Assembly: GCA_964016885.1 (NCBI GenBank)
Contig: OZ024743.1
Coordinates: 230,826,001-230,890,000, forward strand
Reading direction: 5' to 3'
Source: Eledone cirrhosa
Lineage: Eukaryota
Length of the DNA: 64,000 nt
Shown here: piece by piece, positions 1 through 12,925 of the stretch
Layout of the letters: every line of letters begins with the position of its first letter
How positions within the stretch are numbered: position 1 is the stretch's first letter
Translations under genes and position numbers: made by a program
The notes under the pieces: generated by a model
Databases searched by the model: none
Told to the model about the DNA's origin: nothing
The model's input: the letters and a program-made list of their open reading frames with translations, nothing else

Positions 1-8
1 AGTTAAAA

Positions 9-497
9 ATACATTATGAAGAGAGAAGAAACATTTAGATATAATTAGTAATAAAATGTATCATACCTAAACTGTTCCTAAATTACTCGACTACGTAGTT
101 TCGTGGCATAAACAAAAACAATATATCAAAGATATAGAGTCCTTGCGAGGTCTGCCGACTTATCAAGAGGATACCTCATTTTACTAGTCTCAAGAACGCG
201 TCTACACGACGTGAGAAAGAATCCCAAAAGGCGGAGGGGGAGATAGTCACGCGATATAACGGTCGAGAAACAGAGCTAAGCCTCTTATAACCACGAAGAA
301 AATACCACGGAGGCGGAGGGGTATTCATATCGAGGTATCCTCTTGATAAGTCGGCAGACCTCGCAAGGACTCTATATCTTTGATATATTGTTTTTGTTTA
401 TGCCACGAAACTACGTAGTCGAGGAATTTAGGAACAGTTTAGGTATGATACATTTTATTACTAATTATATCTAAATGTTTCTTCTCTCTTCATAATG

Positions 498-500
<3 letters not shown>
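9..500. repeat. ~170 bp inverted repeat (9-177 / 332-500) of an HHR-bearing pLTR/retrozyme-like element, ending in (TA)n
   Basis: 332-500 is the near-exact reverse complement of 9-177 (e.g. gaggtatcctcttgataagtcggcagacc vs ggtctgccgacttatcaagaggatacctc). Confidence 0.9.
338..425 (+). ncRNA. Type I hammerhead ribozyme, U3-A8 core variant (second copy on minus strand ~86-173)
   Basis: tcctc-TTGATAA-gt(c)ggca...tgccac-GAAA-ctacgta-GTC-gagga: stem I tcctc/gagga, stem II, palindromic stem III ACTACGTAGT, GUC cleavage triplet. Confidence 0.75.
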
Positions 501-520
<20 letters not shown>

Positions 521-528
<8 letters not shown>

Positions 529-1090
529 CGTAAAATAAAAAAATTATAGTAATTAATTCATTTACTTAAATTTCACTCCAACTAATTAGTTTCTGAAAGG
601 GGATATTCATAGTCTCCAAATGGAGACCATAGAGAATCCTTTCTTCATCAGAGAGTCATTCTCGGCTAAGATTCCTGACGATTCGTGGACACTGGGATCA
701 AATACAAAAATAATTTAGTGGACGGAAAAAAGCTAGCGTGGACTAAATCCCTAACCATTGAAAAGTTCACTGTCTTCCTGGTCAGTGGCAAATTCAAAAG
801 AATCAATCACGTGACATCGAGGTTAATCAGTGAGGTGTGGAATGTTAAAAAGACAGTAGCCAAGTTTAATACTATGAAACATAGTAGTAATTTAGGCAAA
901 TTTTTGCTCAACAAAATAATTTGGAGATAATTATAAAGAATTACTATATCTACCAACATATTTATACAGATGTATACTTACGCTAGCAAATATATAGGGT
1001 TTGTCTTAGTAACTTTGTGGTTCATTACAAAGAGATGCAGAACAATTATATAAAAGACGTAAAATAAGAAAATTATAGTAATTAACTCAT
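521..1090 (-). mobile_element. ORF-less ~530 bp HHR element (family A), ~1.1 units with ~40 bp terminal direct repeat, between (TA)n tracts
   Basis: aaaagacgtaaaataa(a/g)aaaattatagtaattaa at both 523-560 and ~1052-1088; homologous to 15522-17297 and 50472-51028. Confidence 0.85.
575..656 (-). ncRNA. Type I hammerhead ribozyme (family A)
   Basis: Minus strand: actct-CTGATGA-agaaagg...cctttca-GAAA-ctaatta-GTT-ggagt; palindromic stem III ACTAATTAGT. Confidence 0.8.
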
Positions 1091-1762
1091 ATATATATAT
1101 ATATATATTTATATAAAAGAAGTATCGTATAAGGTAATCCAAGTATCCAAGTCGAGGTTATGAGTAATCTGTACAGTGGATTTTGATAATTTGGCTCGTG
1201 ATAACAGTACTTAAAATCAAATGTCAAAGCAAGCACCGCATATAGCAATTGTTAGACACACCGAGCCAATTAAACATTTGTTAATACTTGGAATAAACAC
1301 TTATGTATAGCTTATCCGTGTTATTGTTCACTCCTTCATTATATATCTAAATCTCTCTCTCTATATATATATATATATGTGTGTGTGGGTGTAAGTGTAA
1401 GTCTGTGTGTGTGTGTATGTGTGTGTGTGTGAGTGTGAGTGAGTGTGTGTGTGTTTGTATGTGCATACACAGAGAAAGAAAGTGAAAGTGAGAGAGAGGT
1501 GGTGAGATCGAGAGGGAGAGTGTGAAATACACAATCCTGGATGATGTTAATAGCCAATTATTATTTAAAACACTACGCCCAATGTGATTATAATAAGCGA
1601 ATACCACTCTTTTAGTTTTATATAGAACCATTGGTTGCGCAGACACAAAACGGAATAAAAGCCTTGAAATACACAAATAGGTACATAAGCATACAAATGT
1701 TTATCTATCTATATATCTATTTACCCACCTAGTAGTCAGATGTTCGAAAACACAGGCACACC

Positions 1763-1900
<138 letters not shown>

Positions 1901-1925
1901 TATATATACATATACATATATATAC

Positions 1926-1978
<53 letters not shown>

Positions 1979-2043
1979 CATATATACATATATATATATA
2001 CATATACATATATATACATATATATACATATATATAAATATAT

Positions 2044-2590
2044 TTCTTCTCCCCTTATTTTTCATATATTTACCTAAACGGCGTTTCTATGTTTCTCTCT
2101 TTCTCTTTTACTGCTCCCTCGTTCTCTCTGTTTCTCTTACTTTCTTTCGTCCCCTCTGTCATGTCAGTTAACACTTTCTCTCTACTGATCTCTTCCTCGC
2201 ACTTCCACTCACTCACTCTCTGTTTCTCCCCTTCTTACTTCCACCCGTCCGCTACGAACCCGATTTTCCTTCTTTCTAACATCGGATTCACTAGCGTAAG
2301 TTTTTCGCTCGCTCATTTATTCACCCAGCTTATACTGACATAATAACCATATTGCTTGTGTTTCTTTCCATCTTCGGTTAGCTTTCCCCCGTGTTGTTTA
2401 CTTGTCTCACTCGCTTTCCGCGTTTCAATTGTCCTAATAACTTATTTTAGTTATTGTCGCACCAAGGTATATGATTTTTAATGCGATGAAATACCAATGA
2501 TCGTTGGCAAATCACTGATGAGGGACTCATTTTATAACATGCAATCCATGTGCAACCATGCAGTATTCTTCTCCCCATATTTTTCATATA
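2044..2590 (+). mobile_element. ORF-less ~520 bp terminally redundant element (family C); related to 59390-60140
   Basis: ttcttctcccc(t/a)tatttttcatata at both ends; gcgatgaaataccaatga..gttgg..atcactgatga..ggact shared with the 59.4-60.1 kb copies; flanked by (TA)n. Confidence 0.7.
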
Positions 2591-2668
2591 TATACATATA
2601 TATATACATATACAAATATATATATATATATATATGTGTAGGTGTGCGTACACATATATGTATATAAT

Positions 2669-2758
<90 letters not shown>

Positions 2759-3019
2759 GAAAGGTATAGAAAGTATTGTAGCAAGAAGCCAACAGTATTC
2801 CATAATATATAAGTGACTATAGCGTCAAAATGGGAAAATAGTTAACGTAAGATGTGGGAAAATAATTCAAACTCCTTTTCCTATATATATATATATAGGA
2901 AAAAGCATGACGCCGACGGCAGAGCTCAAGCCGTTTCCACTATTTACCACTCTATTATCCTACGTATTGATTATTCTGGTGCGTATTGGTCCATCTGGTT
3001 CCTTACCACAAATCATTTG

Positions 3020-3058
<39 letters not shown>

Positions 3059-3061
3059 AAT

Positions 3062-3104
3062 GGTATGTATACGTACATACATATAGGTATACAGATATAC
3101 AGTA

Positions 3105-3139
<35 letters not shown>

Positions 3140-3149
3140 AACATGCATG

Positions 3150-3201
<52 letters not shown>

Positions 3202-3930
3202 TATGGGTTTATCGAACCTTTATTATAATGCTCGATTTGTTTGTAAACAAACAGCCCGAATTATTAACCGTACAGTGTTCGGGAACCATCGTTGCCCTTA
3301 TGTTCAACACTGAGAAAGGAACAAGAACTAGTTTCTTGGTTATTAGCTGTTATCAGCACCCTATGTCTTCCTGTCAGTTGATTGAACGTTTGAAAGTATA
3401 TATTTTCCTTATGCATATTAACAGCTGAGCAGCCTAATTTGCATATCGAGTGAGTTTGTCGGCCGGGTGTACAGAAAACGATAAATGGAAAAAATGAAAT
3501 TTCATTTCTCACTCTTAGTACGGCTGATACTTAAATATAAGTATATATACGTACATACATATATGGATACAGACGTACAGTAGTATGTATATACATATAT
3601 ACATGCACACATATATATATATGTACGTATGGGTTTACCGAACATTTATTATAATGCTCGGTTTGTTTACAAACAAAGAGCCCAAATTATTGGCCGTACA
3701 GTGTTTGGCAACCATAAGGAAAGTATATACTTTCAAACGTTCAATCATCAGACAGGAAGGTATACGGTGCTGATGACAGCTAATAAGCTATAAACTAGTT
3801 CATCGTTCCTCTGTCAGTGTTGAACAAAATGGCAACGATGGTTGCCGAACACTATACGGCTAATAATTCGGGCTGTTTGTTTACAAACAAACCGAGCATT
3901 ATAATAAATGTTCGGTAAACCCATACGTAC

Positions 3931-4011
<81 letters not shown>

Positions 4012-4130
4012 CATGTATATACATACTACTGTACGTCTGTATACCTATATGTATGTACATATACATACTTATATTTAAGTATCAGCCGTACTAAGAGTGA
4101 GAAATGAAATTTATTTTTTTCCATTTATAT
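3062..4130. mobile_element. Tandem plus inverted copies of a ~430 bp ORF-less HHR unit (family E); other copies at 17741-17885, 54420-54535, 58390-58795, 59090-59365
   Basis: Unit starting atgtacgtatgg(g/a)tt(t/c)accgaacatttattataatgctcgg repeats at 3195 and 3621, then is inverted from ~3715. Confidence 0.85.
3764..3806 (+). ncRNA. Minimal type I hammerhead (family E; G12 mutated in this copy)
   Basis: acggtg-CTGATGA-cagct aata agcta-TAAA-cta-GTT-catcgt. Sister copies at 3321-3362(-), 58519-58562(-) and 59214-59256(-) have GAAA, so the consensus core is intact. Confidence 0.7.
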
Positions 4131-4756
4131 AAATGCAAGTTTAGTAAAATCGAAGCTTCGGCTGTAGCCAAGCCAACGACATACAACGAGGAATGTACTA
4201 TCAAACACTCAATGAGGAGACTCAGATTAATAACATTCCTTATACGCCATGACAAATTTAAAACTGTGGCAGGCAAGCCTAGCCAGCACACCGAAGCAAC
4301 GAAAAAACCAATAATTTAATAAACAAACCTGGACCATCTCTGGACCAAAATCAACAATCCAGCTTCCGAAAGTATACAAGTTTTTGATGTTTTGAAGATC
4401 GAACTGGGGATTCATGTTATCAAGAGGTTTCCGTTCTGCGCCTTGACCTGGTGTGGTATGAAGTGATAGGCCATTGTTGTTGGCAGTGGCTAATGCCTCA
4501 ATTATCACCTGCTTTCTCTCAACAAGTGAAATAACCCCGGGTTTTTTTTATGAGCAAATTCAAAATGTGTACAAGAGAATTGTCATACCTGCACAAACTG
4601 AATACGAAGCACTCGACCAGGCGTTATTAAACAATCATAAATAATTAATCAATCAATTGAATTATCTAATTAAATTAATTAATTAATTATTAGGCTAAGG
4701 AGATAATACAAATGGAAGTTTAGTAAAATCGAAGCTTCGTCTGTAGCCAAGCCAAA
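4131..4756. repeat. ~580 bp ORF-less unit with 46 bp terminal direct repeat (family D)
   Basis: aaatg(c/g)aagtttagtaaaatcgaagcttcg(g/t)ctgtagccaagccaa at 4131-4176 and 4710-4756. Confidence 0.75.
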
Positions 4757-4769
4757 GATATATATATAT

Positions 4770-7700
4770 GAAAAGAACATGGAGAGTGTATTTAACAGCA
4801 TTGGGGATAGAACCCCTAACTACACTGTCGGGGAGCAGTCTGGTCGCTAAGACTCTGCTGGCTTAGAGTCACAGGGAGGACCAGTGGATGATGGATCAGT
4901 TGTCTCTGAGACAGATATACGGAATGCAGCGTTGTCCTGCAGAGGAGCCATCAATATGGGCACTCTGAGTGTGGGGCTATCGGACGCTGGGGGGAGAGAG
5001 GAGTTGGGTCGTCTGTTCGAGGGGAGTGGTGTGCAGATACTTGCGATCCCGGAGCGCAGGATCCTGCACGGTGGGCCCAGGGGGAGTGTGAGGATTGGGA
5101 AGAGGAGCCAGCTCATCATCACATCACCAGTGAGGAACATGACCAATGCTGCAGTAGGAGTAGGTTTTGTTTTCAGCACAAAAACCAATATATTGGGGAG
5201 GGAAATAATACCTGTCTCCCCGCGAGTGTTGAGGGTGGGTGACCTTCGGTGGAGGCTCAAGACTAACGGTCATCTCGGCCTGTGGTCCAACTGAGGGAGA
5301 CAGTGATGTGAGTGCGGAGGATTTCTATGAGGAGGTGTGTGGAGCTGTCGGCGCCGCACCGGCTCACAGAATCCTCCTTGTTCTGGGGGACATCAGTGCA
5401 CATCTAATTTGGGAGAGCAGTGAGGATCATTGGTGGTGCTTCCATAACAACACCAACCGAAATGGAAGACTACTGAGAGACACCCTGCTGGAGGCGAACT
5501 TGATAGCAACCAACCTAAGGTTTAGGAAGAATCCGGGGAAGATGTGTGCCTACGTCTCAGATGTACGCCTGTCCGAGTTCCAGATTGATTTCATTCTGGT
5601 GAGGAGGAGGTGGCGGAGTGGTGTTCTGAGTACAGGGCCATGCAACTATTTCAGCTTGTTGTGAGTGAGGTCCAAGTGGGCTTGGGGGAGAGCAGTGCTC
5701 GGCCTCAGAGAGCTATCTGTGACTGGGGAGCTTTCAAGGAAGATGATACGCTACAAGAGAGGTTCACAGTAGAAGTGAGGAACATTTCAGTGTTCTGTGT
5801 GAAGAGACAGAGGAGAGAGAGATTGGAGGGACTGGGGAGAGTGTGACGGGGAGGTATGTGTATTTCACCAGTGCAGTGGCGGAAGCAAGTGAGACCCCGG
5901 TGCCGAGGAGAAAGAGCAAAAGGAAGCACGTCAGCTCTGCAGACCCAAAGGTATGTGCAGCCAGAGAACACCTGACAGCTGCCAAAGACCAATTCTGTGC
6001 TGATCTTGCGGAGGAGTGGAGATGATGAGGGAAGATCTCTCTACCGCTTACACTGAATCCAGAGAGCAGGCACTGATAGAGAGGATCAGAAGTGTGGAAA
6101 GAGCCGTTGGCAGGTCTGGATGTAAGGAGAGCTGGATGATCATCAGCGAGATCACAGGGAGAAAGACAAGGTGTTCGAGTCAAATCCAGGGAACATGGCC
6201 CGAGGATAGGAAGGGGAAATGGTTGGACCATTTTAGGACCATACTAGGATAGCCGCCCTCCATAGCCTAGAACACTGGGGAGATCAGGCGGCTGGTTGAG
6301 GAACTCGATATTGAGACAGGACCTTTCACCAGAGAGGAGCTTCAGATGGCCAAGAAAAAGATCAAAGAGGGCAAGGCTCATGCAGAAGTTGGAGTGGCAT
6401 CAAAGGTGTTGAAGAGGTGTGATTTTGATGATATCATCCTGGGGTTCTGTAACCAGGCACTGGATAAAGAGTTGCCCCGAATCAGTGGAGGATCAGTAAT
6501 ATCGTCCCAGTGGGAAAGAAGGGAGATCTCTCTAACACCAACAACTACAGAGGGATCTCACTGACGTCACTTGTGGCAAAGACCCTCAACAGGATGATTC
6601 TTAGCGGGATCCAGCCCGAGATGGAGAGGATACTCAAGGACAACCAGAACGGCTTCAGAGAGGGAAGATCAACCGCCGGTCACATCCTGATGCTGAGGAG
6701 GATATTAGAGGGAGCTAGAGCAAATCCCTTCATGCGGTCATGGTTTTCATTGACTTTGGAAAGGCCTTTTATTCTGTGGACCGTCAATGCCTGCTGAAGA
6801 TCCTACAGGTTAATGGAATCACCAAGAAGCTACTGGACCTGATATCACTGCTCTACACCAACACCAATGTCCAAGTCATTACACCTGATAGGATGACGGA
6901 GTTCTTTGAGATACTGGCTGGAGTGTTCCAGGGAGATACATTGGCTCCCTACCTTTTTATCATCGTAGTGGACTATTGTATGCGCCTTGCGCTGGAGAAA
7001 CACCAGGATTCTGGCTTTTATGTGGCACCGGCTCAGAGCAGGAGAGTTAAGGCAAAACAGATATCGGATGTTGAATTTGTCGACAACATAGTTTTGGTGA
7101 CAGGCACAGTGAGGGAGGCAGAGGATTTGATGCAGGAGATGGAGACTGTGTCGATGGGTGTGGGGCTGAGAATGAATGAGATTAAGATAACATATCTGGT
7201 AGGAAAGGTTAAGAAACCAGGGAAGATTGCTAATGTAGGCGGGGAGCCGCTGGAATTGGTTGAGGACTTCCTGTGTTTTGGGGCAAAGATTGGGAATACG
7301 GAAGATGATGTGGTCGGGTGGAAGAACAGGGACTGGGCGGCGTACCGCATCTTGAGGTCGGTGTGGAGGTCGGACCTTCGTAAATACCTGAAGATCTGCT
7401 TCTTCGTTGCTGTAGTGGGATCTGTGCTGCTGTACGGGTTTGAGACTTGGACACTGACCAAGAAACTCGCCCAGATGGTGGATGGGTGCTGCATGGGGGT
7501 GCTGAGGATGGCTTTGAACATTGGTCAGTATGCACTGAGGATGAGGGGCTCGGAGCTGTGCGGGAGCCTCCCAAAGGTCAGCTCAAGAGTGACACAGAGG
7601 AGACTGAGGTTAGCTGGACATGCTCACCGACATCCAAAGTTGACACTGCACCCGGTACTCCTGTGATAACCCCTTCATGGACACACTGGGGGAGGAGGAC

Positions 7701-7830
7701 CGAAGTGAACATATGTTGATGCCCTAATGACAAACACTGTTCTGTTGGAGACGCATGACATGGCAGCGATAATGAGGGACAGAGACCGCTGGAGAGAACT
7801 CGTCCATGGATCTCGGGAATTTTACCCGCC

Positions 7831-7832
<2 letters not shown>
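4770..7832 (+). mobile_element. Degenerate RTE-clade LINE (APE endonuclease + RT; frameshifts and stops)
   Basis: EN motifs GVGF, VISACGPT, LVLGDISAH, TNRNGRLL, QIDFILV; RT motifs NYRGISL, QNGFREGRST, FIDFGKAF, GVFQGDTLAPYLF, decayed FVDN, RRLRLAGH; 3' end runs into (TA)n. Confidence 0.92.
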
Positions 7833-7929
<97 letters not shown>

Positions 7930-9017
7930 CATTGCTCTCTGTTTGCCTAATAGTTTAACTTATAAGAAATCGTTACACCTAATCGTATAATTCAGAGTTC
8001 AGTGTCGTCAAACGTATCCTAGGTAACTACAGCTGAGTGCAAGCTATTAACCCTTGAGACTATCAATGATACTACGATGCAGAATATAGATATTATATGG
8101 CACCTTTCTATTTCTTTCAAATCCTTTAAACTCTCCAATAAGACTCCATGCCATCATTGAAACTTAGCGTAAATCAATAAACCCCAGTGTCAAGGCTATT
8201 AACACACCATACAATAGGTGTGTGCGTGTCTATATGTATGTAGATATGAATGCATTTTTAACTCTCTCTCCTCTTTCTTATTTTCTTTCTTACTCTTTCT
8301 CTTTTTGTCTCTCGTTCTCTCTCGCTCTCTATTTTTTTCTCTTCTCTCAGTCTCTCTTTCACTATCTCCTTCTCTCTATCTATCTTTCTTTCTCTTTTTC
8401 TGTCTCCCCCTACATACATACATCATTACCTACATACATATATACAGTATATGCATTAATAGTATATTGAAAAACTGAATTAATTACAACTCAATACAAA
8501 ATATCTTTCAAAGTTAGGCATATATTTTTGTCGAGACAAGTCGGTGATATGATCACTTAGAGACTCCCTCTTTTATTCGTACCTTAATATATTTAATTAT
8601 ACTCTTTTATTATACTGTACTCAACTGTATTCTACTGAATAAACGATCATATTTAGAAACACTTGCTATCATTACTGTATAAAATTATAGATACACGACG
8701 TTACAAGACCTGTTGATATGTTGACGTTATCAGTGTCAGATTGTTAATATTTTTGTGGATTTTCTTTATATTTTTCACGCGTCGTTCTGCCAATAAGTGC
8801 AATAGTGTCGCATTCTGAACCATTCATTCACATTAAATTATTGTATCATTATATCAATATTCTAAAAGATCAATGTGTGCGATACTGTTTCTGCAACAAA
8901 TTATTTGTCCATGTGATTTCGAAATTCTTTCTTTATTTTTTTGTGGGGAGGTTGGAGTTATTAATTCTTTTATTTTTTTTATCTTTTAACGAATTTTTTC
9001 CTTTTTTTTTATTTTTT

Positions 9018-9048
<31 letters not shown>

Positions 9049-10029
9049 TGAAATATCGTTTGTCAAAAAATGAAAATATAATAATGAATTTGATAGCCTT
9101 GGTTCCACATATGTGTCAGCATAATGAAGAACTGAATGACTGAAAATTATTATTTACTGTTTCAATAGGTGCATGAAAATTTTGATGACTTTATGACAGA
9201 ACACTTGTTCGCACAAATCGATCGACGCTCATCCTAGAAACGCTCTTCCTGAGGACGTCTACAAATGTTTGTGCATGAACGAAGATTCTCACACGATTGG
9301 ATAAAGCCTACTGATGCCCTGGGAGGGCATGAATCCTATCTAATATCAAACGAGAATATACACCAGAGAATTGTGGACATATTCAGGACAGCTTAGTTAA
9401 AATAGTTTCTGAAATTATATACAAAAATATATACAAATATGCTTATAGCTCGATTAAGAATTAAGGATTGATGAATCAGTCAATTATATATATTTATGAA
9501 GTAAGGTCTTGAAAATACACGAAAGAACTCTTATTCTGTGACGATACGCAGAACGAAAAGGAAGAGTTCAGTCTGTAATATACTTCGATCACCAACTGCT
9601 ACGTGGGGTTTGATTGGATTTTTTTGTTCGCAGGCAACACTGTTTCAATAAGTTTCAAACAAATTCATTACTCTTATAAAGGAAATAAATTTACTATATG
9701 TTTTGTCTATTGTCTGCACTCTGCATCAGCTAGTTTCAACATAAAAATAACATTGTCAAAGAAACTAGAAGAAGGGTGCGAAAAACTAACATTATTCGGG
9801 AGCTTGCATTGAACCATAATCTATTAGAAGCAATTGCAAAGACACAACATAGTGTTTTAAAGACCTTCTATACAGAAGTATGCTGTTTATGTCATAGTCG
9901 TGCTATTGCACGTTTAGTTGAGGTTCACTTCACTTATCACTTGAAGGTCCAGGATTTACATTGTTACGAAGTTTACCGGCCATTCCTTGATCTTATCCGC
10001 AATTTCTTCTTCTTTGTATTCTTGTAATC

Positions 10030-10290
10030 TCTCAATTCGGAGAGATTGTGGCTATAACTAGAGCGATTCTCTGATCTCCGAGGTACGCACTTGAGCGAGT
10101 AAAGTTACTCCAGAGAAGCTTCGGAGAAATCCCATTTCAGCCGCTTGTATTCGCGATCTTATTCCTTCGGTTCATGGCCATATGTAAGGGTAGGCACGTA
10201 TACCAAATTTAAGATAGCGAGTTTGGCTTTTACACTTACCTGACTTCTTCTGATTACCGAAGTCTGATGGTGGCGCATTACTGTACCAGA
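10030..10290 (-). mobile_element. RTE LINE C-terminal fragment
   Basis: Minus-strand translation across small frameshifts gives LVYVPT.TYGHE..RIRSRIQAAEMGFLRSFSGVTLLAQVRTSEIRESL, typical of the RTE thumb region. Confidence 0.75.
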
Positions 10291-11372
10291 CCACGAAACC
10301 AGGCACATAATTTAGTCTGGATAGAGATAACCGATGCTGCGTAAATGATTAAACATTAAGTACGTTGACATGCAAGCCGGACAAATAATCGTATTTCTTT
10401 GTAAATCGGTAAAATACATTTAACCAGTTTCAGACCTGGTGGAGCTTTTATCTAAAGGTGTGTACGCTATACATAAATATATATGTATGAGTGAGCGTAT
10501 ATTTATACTGTTTGCTTCGACACAAATTTATATACTCGCCTCCAATCACCAGATACTTGTGCATTGGTGTGTCTATGGTGGAATTTACTATCTAAAGGAA
10601 TGTTGCACTGCAATTAAACATGTGTCTATATGTTTATAATCGAAGATTTAACCACAACCATGAAGGTGCAGGTTGGTTAACTTAATATTTTTTAGTATTT
10701 TAATTTCTTTTCTGTTTTGGCAAGCTTTTAATGCTAAACAAGTTGTAACTGTCGTATTACATTTTTAATAATGCATTAATATGGGTAAATATAATGAATT
10801 ACACACACATTCACACATACACAAGCACACGCCACAAACTTACACACAAGCACACTCGCAAACACATAATAACCCATGCATACAGATACTCGTATTAGAG
10901 TGGAATTGTATCCATGATTGCTTTTTACATGAAGAATATAGAGGATTATAAAATGATTTAACTTAATAAGCCAGAAATTAATTCACATACCCATAATTAA
11001 AAAAATGTCCGTAGCAGTGAAATATTTTTTTTTTAAATTGGCAAAGGTGACAAATCTTATGTTTCAGTTGATAAATAAATAATTAAAAATATGTAAGATT
11101 CTGCTATTTTATTTTTGGTATCTATGGCAAAAACGTCTGAGATGTTGCTGGCTTCTTAACTCTCCCCCATGAAACATGCATGTAGTAAGGCATGCATGGC
11201 ACTTAACAACTAATGGAATCCTAAAAGCTTCGCATTGACATACGGCGTGATTTGGATTAAGACCGAGGGATATGTATGTATTTCTATATTTCTGTATGTG
11301 AAACTAATATAACATTTGTACTGCCTCTTCGCTTCCACGTTTTTTTGTTTACTGTTTACTGTCTCCACTTTG

Positions 11373-11496
<124 letters not shown>

Positions 11497-12836
11497 AAAT
11501 ACATATGCATATATGTCCCCAACATCATTTAGAGGCGAAAATGCCGGAGGAGAGAGAGAGAGGCATATATATACATGAGTGTGTATGTATGTAGTATGCA
11601 TGTATGTATGTATGTAGTATGCATGTATGTATGTATGTATGTATGTATGTATGTATGCATGTATGTATGTATGTATATAAATGCACAGACGCCATTTAGT
11701 TCACAGTTCATACCATAATATTTCTACATCATTAGGCTAGGTGCGGGTGAGCTCGTATATGGGCCTCTATATGGCTGCGTGTGTCTTTTATATAATCTTT
11801 CCCTCTCAAACTCAAACATTGCTATTTTCCATAAATGCTATGCATAAATGAATTTGCATGCAAATCAACATGCTGTATGCACGTGCATGTCAAATGGAAT
11901 CACTAAGTCGAGCGTTCATTGGCTTGGATTGTGTACTTGATATGGCGGCGACAAGCATTTGTATATATGCAAATGGTGCAGGAATCGGACAAAGCCAATG
12001 TATATATTTGTTTGTGTTGGTTTCATTTTTTTCCATCCGGTTTATGAATACGTCCCTCTTTGCGTATCTGTATATGTATTTGGCTCCATGTATGTATGTG
12101 TGTTTCTTTGTATGTGTGGCTGTTTATATATGTTGTTTGTGTATGTGTGTGTGTGTGTATGTGTATGCGGGACTGTGTGTTTGTTTATCTTGTATATGTC
12201 TGTCTGTCTTTTTCCTCGAACATACACTGACTCTACGTCTGTGTATATGTGTAATTATTTTCCTTGTATGATTATATAAATCTGACCAACCATAGGTGTG
12301 TATCTTAGTGTATGTGTGTGTATGAATTTGGGTAGTTGTTTACTTATGCTTGTGTTTCTTCCTATGAGTGTGTATGTCACACTGAAAAAGTAATCAAGTG
12401 AGTGTATCGTATTTAAGTTTGCCTTCGAATCTTTAAGTAAGTGTGTTTATAGTTTTCTATGATCCCTGTCTGTATGTGAGTCTGTAAATATATAAGGTGT
12501 AATAGTTATTTTTTATTGTTTTAGCATGCACGAGTATGTTTACATATTTGTGTCTGTATGCGGTAGTGTTTCTTTTGTTCATCTGTTGTATGTGAAAAAA
12601 TAGTAATAAACGTGAGAAGATATGGAATATGAAGAAAAGGAAAAGAATGGCAAGGGCAAAGATTGGGAGCTAGGGACGTTTGTGGTGGGGGTTTACAGAA
12701 AGTAATGATGTTTTAAGGCAATAATTCGAGCAGATGGTCCGGCATTCTTGATTTAATCGAAGACAGATAGCCACAGAGACATCTATATGTGGATGCATAT
12801 CCCATAATATATGAAGTGTGTATGCAAATATGTATG

Positions 12837-12924
<88 letters not shown>

Positions 12925-12925
<1 letters not shown>

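Noticed and set aside
685-930. 81 aa ORF with a similar 62 aa ORF at 50637-50825
   Set aside because: Antisense to the family A ribozyme strand, GTG start, and the frame is not preserved between copies; similarity simply reflects the repeat.
3717-3756. CTGATGA-ttgaacgttt-GAAA-gtatatac-TT on the minus strand
   Set aside because: Stem I cannot pair and CTGATGA is not conserved in sister copies; the supported HHR is the adjacent one on the opposite strand.
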